From Patescibacteria group bacterium (GTDB taxonomy: Bacteria > Patescibacteriota > Minisyncoccia > Phycocordibacterales > JACOZG01): a DNA stretch of 41,914 nucleotides. The stretch covers positions 1 through 41,914 of the forward strand of contig JBBTRZ010000001.1 in NCBI GenBank assembly GCA_038064935.1, read 5' to 3'. A model generated the notes under the pieces. It made no database searches, was not told the origin of the DNA, and saw only the letters and a program-made list of their open reading frames with translations. Of this stretch, positions 9,159-17,408 are shown in pieces. Numbering within the stretch: position 1 is the stretch's first letter; the number at the start of each line of letters is the position of its first letter. The position numbers and the translations under genes were made by a program.

Positions 9159-10298
9159 ATGAAAAATATCTTTTTAATTTTTCACGGACGGTTCCCGAGT
9201 GAGAAAGCCGCTTCTCTTTTTACCGCTAAGAGTTGCGAGTCATTTGCTAAGCAGGGGATCATTGTGACGTTACTTGTTCCAAGGAGAAGGCAGAGAGAAA
9301 TGGTTAATCCTTATTCGTATTATCATGTTCGGGAAAATTTTAGTATCGTATATCTGCCCACTTTGGATTTGCTAGGTTTACATTTTTTTCAAAAAACTGC
9401 TTTCCAAATAAGCTTTGTAATTTTCTCCCTTTCTTCTTTCTTCTTTTTACTTTTTAAAGCCAGTAAACAAGATATTATTTATTCAAACGAGTCATTACCT
9501 ATTCTACTCTGTTCTTTCTATTTTCCGCGAACATTTTATGAGACGCATGATTTTCCGGAGCAAAAATTATTTTTTTACAAAATGCTTTTTCGTCAGGTGC
9601 GACAACTTTTAGTAACAAACATGTGGAAAGTCAATCAAATTGAACAGATTTTTGGTCTTTTTCGGGATAAGATTCTTTGCGAATATAATGCTGTCGATAT
9701 TGAAGAATTTGATATTCCAATAACGAAAGAAGAAGCTCGCAATAAACTGAAACTTCCTCTAGATAAAAAAATTGCTTTATACACAGGTCATTTATACGGA
9801 TGGAAGGGTGTTAGTACTCTTGCTGATGCCGCCGCTAATTTTCCCCCAGAATACCTAGCTGTTTTCGTGGGAGGAACCTCTAAAGACATTGAGAATTTTA
9901 AAGAAAAATATAGCCATAATCCTCAAGTGTTAATTGCTGGGCACAAAAAACACGATGAGATTCCAATTTGGCAGAAAGCCGCTGATGTTTTAGTTCTTCC
10001 CAACACCGCGAGGGAGAAAATTTCAAAATATTATACTTCACCCATGAAGCTTTTTGAGTACGCAGCAAGTCAAAGGCCAATTGTAGCTTCAAGTATCCCT
10101 TCAATCATGGAACTTTTTGACGATCGGGCTGTTTTTTTTGTTTCGCCTGACAATCCCTTAGAATTAGCAAAAGCTATAGAAAAAGCTTGTAATAATGAGC
10201 GTCTTTCTCGAAGTAAGTCTGCGTGTGCCTATAATTGGGTTAGAAAACACACTTGGGAAAGAAGAGCTACACGGATAATTTCTTTCATGGGTGTTTAA
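9159..10298 (+). CDS. Glycosyltransferase, GT4-like
   Basis: ORF opens at GTG 9147; ATG 9159 (MKNIFLIFHGRFPSEKAAS) is the likelier start. C-terminal GHKKHDEIPIWQKAADVLVLPN ... SPMKLFEYAASQRPIVAS. Confidence 0.7.
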   Translation: MKNIFLIFHGRFPSEKAASLFTAKSCESFAKQGIIVTLLVPRRRQREMVNPYSYYHVRENFSIVYLPTLDLLGLHFFQKTAFQISFVIFSLSSFFFLLFKASKQDIIYSNESLPILLCSFYFPRTFYETHDFPEQKLFFYKMLFRQVRQLLVTNMWKVNQIEQIFGLFRDKILCEYNAVDIEEFDIPITKEEARNKLKLPLDKKIALYTGHLYGWKGVSTLADAAANFPPEYLAVFVGGTSKDIENFKEKYSHNPQVLIAGHKKHDEIPIWQKAADVLVLPNTAREKISKYYTSPMKLFEYAASQRPIVASSIPSIMELFDDRAVFFVSPDNPLELAKAIEKACNNERLSRSKSACAYNWVRKHTWERRATRIISFMGV

Positions 10299-10305
10299 AA
10301 TTTTA

Positions 10306-10314
10306 TGGTACAAT
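10306..10314 (+). promoter_or_regulatory. Candidate extended -10 promoter element (TGgTACAAT) 8 nt upstream of the GtrA-family ATG
   Basis: Read directly: tggtacaat at 10306-10314, ATG at 10323, and no Shine-Dalgarno sequence between them. Confidence 0.3.
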
Positions 10315-10322
10315 AAACATTC

Positions 10323-10754
10323 ATGTTTAGTTTTCTTGTGTCCCAATTTAAGGATTATAGACTGATTATAAAATATATTGTTTCTGGAGCTTTTGCCGCC
10401 GTAGTCCAATTAGGGGTACTCGTTTTTCTAGTTGAGCATTTTTATTTTGGGCATATAAAAGCCGTGGTGATCGCTTTTTGCGTTTCAGCTTTTACGGCTT
10501 TTTTTCTTCAAAAATTTTGGACTTTTCGTGATAGATCAATGTACCAGGCCCATTCCCAAGTTAGTTCTTATTCATTACTTGCGATCTCATCTCTTTTTTT
10601 GAATGTAACTTTGATGCACATTTTTATTAGCTTTTTCCATTTTTGGTATTTTATCTCTCAAATGATTACAATAGGGTTCGTAACCATGGTTACATTTTTG
10701 TGCAATAAATATATTATTTTTAACCGAGAATCACTCATATTTACTGGTAAGTAA
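10323..10754 (+). CDS. GtrA-family membrane protein (polyprenyl-phosphate-sugar translocation family)
   Basis: 143 aa with four hydrophobic segments and GtrA-type motifs: YIVSGAFAAVVQLGVLVFLVE ... FLQKFWTFRD. Confidence 0.8.
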   Translation: MFSFLVSQFKDYRLIIKYIVSGAFAAVVQLGVLVFLVEHFYFGHIKAVVIAFCVSAFTAFFLQKFWTFRDRSMYQAHSQVSSYSLLAISSLFLNVTLMHIFISFFHFWYFISQMITIGFVTMVTFLCNKYIIFNRESLIFTGK

Positions 10755-10760
10755 AGACAA

Positions 10761-11450
10761 ATGAAATTATCGATCACCATAGCAGCTTATAATGAACAAA
10801 ACACTATTCTAAGGTGTCTTGAGAGTGTGAGTACAATAATTTTACCCAATGGTTTTGAAAAAGAGATTATTATTGTTGATGATGCCTCAACAGACAAGAC
10901 TAAAGAAATACTCGATACTGTTAAAGGTAAATATAAAGTATTCCACCACGAAAAGAATCGTGGCAAGGGTTCAGCTATACGAACTGGCATTTCTAAGGCA
11001 ACAGGAGATTATATAGTAATGCAAGACGCTGATATGGAACTTAACCCAAATGATCTTTCAAAGATGCTCAAGAAAATGCTTGACGAGAATTTAACAGTTC
11101 TTTATGGCTCACGATGGCTGGGGAAAGAACAAAAAGACTATTCTAGGTTTTCTTTTTATCTTGGAGGTGTTTTTCTTTCGATCTTGATTAATGTTTTATA
11201 TTCTCAAAACATAACTGATATGTTAACTTGCTACAAAATGTTTAAGTCGGATTTTCTTAAATCACTCCCACTTAAAAGTGAAAGATTTGAGTATGAGGCA
11301 GAGGTTACTGTACTGACGGCACTTCGTGGGGTGAAGATAAAGGAGTTTCCTATATCATACTTTCCTCGAAGTATCGCCGAAGGGAAGAAGATAAGATGGC
11401 ATGATGGTTTCAAAAATGCTCAAACAATAATCAAACACAGGTTCATATGA
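10761..11450 (+). CDS. Glycosyltransferase family 2, polyprenol-phosphate sugar synthase type (GtrB/DPM1-like)
   Basis: ITIAAYNEQNTILRCLESV, IIIVDDASTDKTKEIL, KNRGKGSAIRTG, VMQDADME (DxD). Confidence 0.85.
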   Translation: MKLSITIAAYNEQNTILRCLESVSTIILPNGFEKEIIIVDDASTDKTKEILDTVKGKYKVFHHEKNRGKGSAIRTGISKATGDYIVMQDADMELNPNDLSKMLKKMLDENLTVLYGSRWLGKEQKDYSRFSFYLGGVFLSILINVLYSQNITDMLTCYKMFKSDFLKSLPLKSERFEYEAEVTVLTALRGVKIKEFPISYFPRSIAEGKKIRWHDGFKNAQTIIKHRFI

Positions 11451-12865
11451 ATTTTTTTAAAAGTCACAAAATCGAAATATTCATTTTTCTACTAGCAGTT
11501 TTTGTGAGAATTGTTTTTCCCCTCATATGTTTCTTCCAGAATGGTGGAAGTATAGAAAATACACTCCACGGCCAAGATGGTTACTTCGAAATAAGTCGTA
11601 ATTTACTTCTTGGTAATGGTTTTAGTATTAATTCTTCTATACCTTTTGCTCCATATTCTTACGGTGTGCCAGGATATCCGTTTTTTTTATTTTTCCTTTT
11701 AGCATTAACCGGAAGTTATCTAGGAACGGGAATGATACAGCTTTTGCTTGGTGCTACAATCCCTTTGATTGGAATGCGCCTTACTCGGTTTATACTGCCG
11801 TCTTCTAAACATATACCGATTATAGTCGCGGTTTTTCTTGCCCTTTCTCCGTATCAGATTTTGTTCTCCTTTGTTTTTTCTACTGAGATTTTGTTCAGTG
11901 TTTTGTTTGGAATATTTCTTATCTTCTTTTTCAATTTTTTAAAAAGTTTTTCGACCCGCAATGCTGTTTGGGTTGGTATGTTTCTCGGATTGGCCACTCT
12001 TGTAAAAGCAACTACGCAGTATTTATTTTTAGTAGTAATTATATTTTTGCTTTGGCATTTCGGGTGGAAAATTAATAAAAATATAGTTTCAAAACTCGGT
12101 TATTTTTTCCTAGCGTTTCTTTTGGTTTTGTTGCCCTGGCTTTATCGGAATTATATGACTTTTTCGGAGATAAATCTAAGTTCTCAGTTGCCAGTTAATC
12201 TCTATTTAACACTATTACCTTCTGTCCTTGCGATACAAAACAATTCTAGTTTTGCTGAAGAACAGAAAAAATTGGTGAAGATTAACCCACTCAATCTTGA
12301 AGATCAAAACTCTCTAACTTTGTCAAAAACTCTTGCCGGCAAAGCGGTGGCAGAAATATTGGAGCATCCGGCCGCTCTGATTAAACTTTATATTATAAAC
12401 ACTATAACATTTTTTACTCATGACGGCATGTTAACATTTCTTCAGGCGGCGGGCATAAAACCAGTAGCTTATCTTGAGAAACCAGCCATCGTACTTTTTG
12501 CTGAATCGCCAAAAGAATTTGTTATGATGATGGGAGATTATCTAAAAACTAGTATGGCCCTGGTGTTTTTTGCTCGTCTATTTTGGATTATACTAACCGC
12601 TTTTTTCTTGCTCGGTTTATATAATATTTGGCGTTCTAAAAATTTTTCCAGAGAATTTATATTTTCCATTATTATTATTTTGTATTTTATGTTGACAACC
12701 TTAGTAATTGGACTGGCTGTCAATGCTAGGTTTAGAATGCCAGTTGAACCCATAATTTTTGCTGTTTCTATTGCCGGAATGTCTATTTACTGTGGCCGTC
12801 TTAAAGAAAAATTTACACAAATAAAGAAACACAGAATTAATAGTGAACCATCGTGCAGTATTTAG
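11447..12865 (+). CDS. GT-C fold membrane glycosyltransferase (ArnT/PMT, GT39/GT83-like)
   Basis: ATGA overlap at 11447-11450. 472 aa with more than 10 hydrophobic segments. First-loop motif HGQDGYFEISRNLLLGNGFS is typical of ArnT/PMT_2 enzymes. Confidence 0.75.
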   Translation: MNFFKSHKIEIFIFLLAVFVRIVFPLICFFQNGGSIENTLHGQDGYFEISRNLLLGNGFSINSSIPFAPYSYGVPGYPFFLFFLLALTGSYLGTGMIQLLLGATIPLIGMRLTRFILPSSKHIPIIVAVFLALSPYQILFSFVFSTEILFSVLFGIFLIFFFNFLKSFSTRNAVWVGMFLGLATLVKATTQYLFLVVIIFLLWHFGWKINKNIVSKLGYFFLAFLLVLLPWLYRNYMTFSEINLSSQLPVNLYLTLLPSVLAIQNNSSFAEEQKKLVKINPLNLEDQNSLTLSKTLAGKAVAEILEHPAALIKLYIINTITFFTHDGMLTFLQAAGIKPVAYLEKPAIVLFAESPKEFVMMMGDYLKTSMALVFFARLFWIILTAFFLLGLYNIWRSKNFSREFIFSIIIILYFMLTTLVIGLAVNARFRMPVEPIIFAVSIAGMSIYCGRLKEKFTQIKKHRINSEPSCSI

Positions 12866-13772
12866 TGGGGAAATACCTTATTTTTCCTTGATAATAAGCC
12901 CAGTCAATCGGTTCTTTGGTTATAACAACATGGGGAATGTTGCCAAAGTATGCTGCCAGATTTCCGAAACTACTGTCTGATCCGATGACAATATCCGTTG
13001 CCGCAAGGGTAAAAAGATCTTGTGCGGCATTGCCGCGGGCGTGAAAAATATTGAGACCGGGAAAATCATTAATATTGATATCGCCGTCTGAAGTGACAAC
13101 AAATACCGTTTCCGTTTCTCCCTTCTTGGTTTCCTTAAGATACTCTTTTAATACCTCAAACATGCGAGAATGCTCAAGGGCATACTGGCCATTTTTAAAA
13201 GTCGCATAGTCTTCTTGCCGAAGATGAACCCCTACGATATGGTTAAATCGTTTTCGGAGCGGGACGATAACCGATTTAACCTTATAGCGAATGGATTCCC
13301 TGGGTATAAAGTAGTGAATGATGGCATCGCGATATTTTTTAATACCCCCGGGATTTCTGAAAAGCCAGCCTTCAAAATAGAACACCTTATTTTCTTTTTC
13401 AGTTTTAAGAAAATGTTGTCCAGATAAGGTTGGGGGCAAATAGAATGGTTTATTGTTGCTATTTATTGAGGAAATAATTGAACCTCGTTTTCTTGAATAT
13501 TCAAAGAACACATAGGTTTTATAAAGTGTGCGAAAAAAACGTGTCCGGAAAGAATTTCGCCGGCCGATGTAATTGTGGAAAGGACCAAAAAATAAAAAAT
13601 AAAAAATTTTATTTTTTATTGAGGGAATATCGAAAAAATGAGCATACTCAAAGAATGAATAATTTTCACACTCAATCTTTTGTTCAAGGCAGTACGCGTA
13701 GATACTTATGTAATTCCAAAGTTGATTGGCAAGTTCTCCGCCGCCATGTTGTAGAATGATTGCTTTTTTCAT
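12837..13772 (-). CDS. Putative glycosyltransferase, GT11/fucosyltransferase-like
   Basis: 311 aa. The motif order parallels the clear GT11 at 24031..24936: GGGELANQLWNYISIYAY (cf GGLGNLMFQYA), VGVHLRQEDY (cf HIRRADY), FVVTSDGD (cf FIFSDD), VIGSDSSFGNLAAYFG (cf ISNSTLGWWGAWL). Confidence 0.5.
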   Translation of the reverse strand: MKKAIILQHGGGELANQLWNYISIYAYCLEQKIECENYSFFEYAHFFDIPSIKNKIFYFLFFGPFHNYIGRRNSFRTRFFRTLYKTYVFFEYSRKRGSIISSINSNNKPFYLPPTLSGQHFLKTEKENKVFYFEGWLFRNPGGIKKYRDAIIHYFIPRESIRYKVKSVIVPLRKRFNHIVGVHLRQEDYATFKNGQYALEHSRMFEVLKEYLKETKKGETETVFVVTSDGDININDFPGLNIFHARGNAAQDLFTLAATDIVIGSDSSFGNLAAYFGNIPHVVITKEPIDWAYYQGKIRYFPTKYCTMVHY

Positions 13773-14524
13773 ACACCTTTTCTTCTTGCTAGATAATTTG
13801 TAGTAAAGAGAAGCTCGGTAATTTTTTCAGGTTTTTTAATCTCATAGAATCCATCTTTTAGTATACGATAGATTTTATAGTCAGAAAGAAAATTAAATAT
13901 GTCTCTAAAATATGTTCGTGAATCTCTACTGGGAGCACTAAACTCGAATTGAATATATTTAATATTTGGCAGCATTTTTTTGGCCCCCCTTAGGCAGGCC
14001 AACTCATTGCCTTCGACATCAAGTTTAAGAAAAGTAATATTTGTAATGTTATTTGCTTCGCAGAAACTATCTATGGTTTGAATTTTTACCTCTTCACTCT
14101 CAACAAACCCATCGTGAGGTTTATATAGAGAACTCAATCCGCTGACATTATTCTGATAGTAAAGAATCGCTTTTCCGTCAATGTCTCCCAAAGCGCTTTT
14201 TATTATTGTTGCCTTATCACCAAGTTCTTTTTCAAGAATTTGATAATCTCTCAATCGTGGCTCAAAAGCATATATTTTTACTTCGTCTTTTAGCAGATTA
14301 ATTATTTCTTTTATGTGATCCCCGCCCTGTGCGCCTACATCGAAAATTATCGGATTTCGTACATTATTTAAAACATGCTTAATAATAAACATTTCACCAT
14401 TTTCCTCAAGATTACGCCCACCAGTTCCTATATTCATCCCTTCTATCGAAATATCAAAAAGGCGTCTAAATATGGCCTGAAACATTTTTTTCCCAAGAAA
14501 AATTCTTTTAATAAATTTTCGCAT
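13769..14524 (-). CDS. FkbM-family SAM-dependent methyltransferase
   Basis: IFDVGAQGGDH (motif I), IYAFEP, FLKLDVEGNELACLRGA. Confidence 0.8.
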   Translation of the reverse strand: MRKFIKRIFLGKKMFQAIFRRLFDISIEGMNIGTGGRNLEENGEMFIIKHVLNNVRNPIIFDVGAQGGDHIKEIINLLKDEVKIYAFEPRLRDYQILEKELGDKATIIKSALGDIDGKAILYYQNNVSGLSSLYKPHDGFVESEEVKIQTIDSFCEANNITNITFLKLDVEGNELACLRGAKKMLPNIKYIQFEFSAPSRDSRTYFRDIFNFLSDYKIYRILKDGFYEIKKPEKITELLFTTNYLARRKGV

Positions 14525-14528
14525 AATT

Positions 14529-15434
14529 TTAAATAAAATATGATCGCGTTTCCTTTATAGCTGAAGCACTTTTGCTCATGTGAATATATTGCTTTTGTCG
14601 ATCTTTGAACAGGTGTGGGTAGATAAAAACCCAGATCGTTTCTAGGTGATTTAATTTTTTACTAAGCCAAAAAAAGAATTTAATTTTATTCTCGAACCAG
14701 CTGTGCACAGGCGGTATTATTTTTTCTTGTTCCCTTCGGTACTGCAATCCATGGTCAATATTACTGAGACTGGTGGACACCCGACGGAAGCAGCTAACCT
14801 CCTTATCGATGGTATAAAGGGGTGTGTGACGTGCAAATTGAGCCCAAAGCCAATAATCACCAGCATGAGTGTGGGCGATGAAATGGAGAGAATCTATTTT
14901 GTCCCACAAAAATTTTCTCCAAAAAACACTTTCTTGTTGGATGAAATATGCGTAACGGCCGTATATACCAGACTGGATCCATTTTTGATTAAAAATAAAA
15001 TGGGAAGCGTGTCGTATAAGTGAGCCATTTTCATTTATGATGCATGACCCCCCTTTTACCCAGAGTAAACTTGGAAAGGCCATGAATGTGCGTGCGATAA
15101 CGGAAAACGAATTAGGGAGATAGTAATCATCGGCATTGATATATGCATAAATATCGCCGGTAGCACCGATAAACCCCTTGTTGATGGCATCATACATCCC
15201 CGCATCTTTCTCCGAGAAGTATTGCATGGTTACCTTTTTGCAGTGGATTGGATATTTACCGGCGTTTACTCGATTGGCGTATGACTTAACGATCTCAATC
15301 GTCTTGTCGGTCGAGGCACCATCTTGGACGAGATATTCAATCTCAAAATCGCCTTCTTGTGAGAGAACGCTTTCTATCGTTTCAGCAATATATTTTTCAC
15401 CATTATAGACCGGAGTAACAATTGTAAATTTCAT
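14529..15434 (-). CDS. Glycosyltransferase family 2
   Basis: The ORF extends to 15530 but overlaps the upstream gene. ATG at 15434 (MKFTIVTPVYNGEKYIAETIESVLSQ) lies 4 nt after the upstream stop. QDGASTDKT and NADD motifs. Confidence 0.85.
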   Translation of the reverse strand: MKFTIVTPVYNGEKYIAETIESVLSQEGDFEIEYLVQDGASTDKTIEIVKSYANRVNAGKYPIHCKKVTMQYFSEKDAGMYDAINKGFIGATGDIYAYINADDYYLPNSFSVIARTFMAFPSLLWVKGGSCIINENGSLIRHASHFIFNQKWIQSGIYGRYAYFIQQESVFWRKFLWDKIDSLHFIAHTHAGDYWLWAQFARHTPLYTIDKEVSCFRRVSTSLSNIDHGLQYRREQEKIIPPVHSWFENKIKFFFWLSKKLNHLETIWVFIYPHLFKDRQKQYIHMSKSASAIKETRSYFI

Positions 15435-15438
15435 GTTT

Positions 15439-16236
15439 TTAAGTATGCCAAAGATAGAGGGGGATTGGGAAAAAATAGCTGTTTTTAAAAGTTTCGGCAA
15501 CCTGGAAATTAAAATCTCGATCAGCCCCACGGCCCATAAAGGATGGCCAAATGCGGTCGGCTAGTTTTCTGAACTTAATTTTATCGATAACTTCACGTTT
15601 GAAAAGGGGGCTATTACCAGCGCCGGGATAAGGGGTAAGTGAGCCGAAGAAAAACTTGTTGATAATAAGAAGACGTTTGTAGTGGAAGGGGATGAGCGAA
15701 TTGAACGAAGGGGAAACTTTTGCAACAAATCCTTTGGTTTTTTGCGAAAGTTTATAGATTTTGTCGGGGTCGCTAAAAGATTTGTTCATTTGCGGATTTC
15801 CCTTTGTGCCCAAAAGCTTTTCGGAAAAGCGTAGCCAATTTGTGGTGATGTGTGTTGCCTGATGCCTGCTTAGTAAATCATACTGGACTTCGATGCGGTT
15901 GAGAAGTGAGGCGTCGTCAGCGTCCTGAAAGGTCAGTAGCTCTCCCCTTGCCTGCTCAAAGCCAAAATTTCGCGCCGCATACCCAGCATTAATATTGCGT
16001 TTGAGGATAGGATCAAAGCGCTCGCTATCGTTTTCTGGTAAAGAATAATATTGAATACGCGTGTCCTGTTGGGCCATAGACTTAACAATCTTTCTCGTTT
16101 CGTCGGTGCTGTTATCGTCAATAACAAGGACTTCAATATTTTTGTGGGTTTGTTGAATAATTGAATCAACCGCTATCTGAATCGTATCTGCGTTGTTGTG
16201 TACCGGCATAATGACCGATATTAGAGGATTGTTCAT
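15439..16236 (-). CDS. Glycosyltransferase family 2
   Basis: ISVIMPVHNNADTIQIAVDSIIQQ, VLVIDDNSTDETRKIV, FQDADD. Confidence 0.85.
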   Translation of the reverse strand: MNNPLISVIMPVHNNADTIQIAVDSIIQQTHKNIEVLVIDDNSTDETRKIVKSMAQQDTRIQYYSLPENDSERFDPILKRNINAGYAARNFGFEQARGELLTFQDADDASLLNRIEVQYDLLSRHQATHITTNWLRFSEKLLGTKGNPQMNKSFSDPDKIYKLSQKTKGFVAKVSPSFNSLIPFHYKRLLIINKFFFGSLTPYPGAGNSPLFKREVIDKIKFRKLADRIWPSFMGRGADRDFNFQVAETFKNSYFFPIPLYLWHT

Positions 16237-17405
16237 AAGCAGAGGATGTTGTCAATAAAATGTGCGTATGCCTCACTAAAAGTTTTTTGGGTATGATGAG
16301 TACGAGCATAGTTCCACACTTTATGCGCTTGTTTATAGAGTATGGTGGGGTTCATCGTGGCGATTTGTTTGGCAAAATCTCTGATTGATTCTACGGTGGG
16401 TGAATCACAGATAACCACTGGTGCATCTTCGGCGATCCCTGTTTCTTTGGTTATGAACGGGATGATACCAGCGTGCATCGCTTGCACCACAGCCCCGGAA
16501 GTGCCTTCCGAAGCCGAGGGGTAGATGAGCGCGGCACATTTACTCGTGATCTCAAGGAAGGAGGTGTCGCCCACAGTCATTATGCGATTTGTATTAATAC
16601 GCGGTCGAGGATAGCGATGAATATTGGTCAGAGTGAGTTCACGAGCGTATTCTTTCTCAAATTCTTTTTCGAACGCTGCTGGTCCAATAATATGAAGCTG
16701 AAGGTCTGGTAATTCAGCAAAGGTTTCAATCACGAGATCAAGGCCTTTTAGAATTGCCCCCCCACCACCAAACCAAAGAAAATGTTTCCTCGCCCGCGCG
16801 AAATCTTTGTCTTCAGGGAAGTCGAATTCTTGAGCCACTGATATAGGAATGGGGTAAATCTGTTTTTTAAATTGAGCGTAAGTTGCATGAATGGTTTTAT
16901 TTCCTAGTCCCCCGAGAAAGTCTGCGTATTTCGGATTGTTTGAGACAATTTCTGTCCGCCGCGACTTGAGGGAGATGTTCTTTCGACCCTTTAATTCATC
17001 AAGTCGCCGCGTTTCAGCGGCGTTCTGGAATTCGCTGTAAGCAGAAGTAATGTGCATAACCTTTTTGCAATCACGTGGTAGATATTTGGTTAGACGCTCA
17101 AGATTTTGCGCAATATCTACACACACCACATATTTTTTTTGAGGGATAAATTTGATATTATTAAAATTAATAATATTAACTGCGTATCCCCGGCGAGCAA
17201 ACAAGCGGGCAATCTCGGCGCACTCCCATTTATTAGTGTGCGGGTCACTAAAGCATTCTCTCGGTGTGCAGGTAAACGGCTCGGTCAGGTAGGAAAGAAG
17301 AATCTCACCTTTTTTCTTGCCGGTAGCTGGCAGGTGGATAACGCCAAAAAGCTTATTCGTGATTTTATTATAGTAGGCACTGGTAATTTTAGTTAGAAAG
17401 TTCAT
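16233..17405 (-). CDS. Glycosyltransferase (GT-B fold, distant GT4-like)
   Basis: 390 aa. FLWFGGGGAILKGLDLVIETF ... IYPSASEGTSGAVVQAMHAGIIPF. 4-nt overlap with the downstream gene. Confidence 0.6.
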   Translation of the reverse strand: MNFLTKITSAYYNKITNKLFGVIHLPATGKKKGEILLSYLTEPFTCTPRECFSDPHTNKWECAEIARLFARRGYAVNIINFNNIKFIPQKKYVVCVDIAQNLERLTKYLPRDCKKVMHITSAYSEFQNAAETRRLDELKGRKNISLKSRRTEIVSNNPKYADFLGGLGNKTIHATYAQFKKQIYPIPISVAQEFDFPEDKDFARARKHFLWFGGGGAILKGLDLVIETFAELPDLQLHIIGPAAFEKEFEKEYARELTLTNIHRYPRPRINTNRIMTVGDTSFLEITSKCAALIYPSASEGTSGAVVQAMHAGIIPFITKETGIAEDAPVVICDSPTVESIRDFAKQIATMNPTILYKQAHKVWNYARTHHTQKTFSEAYAHFIDNILCL

Positions 17406-17408
17406 TTT

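Noticed and set aside
13560-13640. A/T homopolymer-rich stretch (aaaaaataaaaaataaaaaattttatttttt) that looks like a simple repeat.
   Set aside because: It lies in frame within the GT11-like CDS on the minus strand (encoding ...KIFYFLFFGPF...) and matches the general AT-richness of the island. It is not an independent repeat element.
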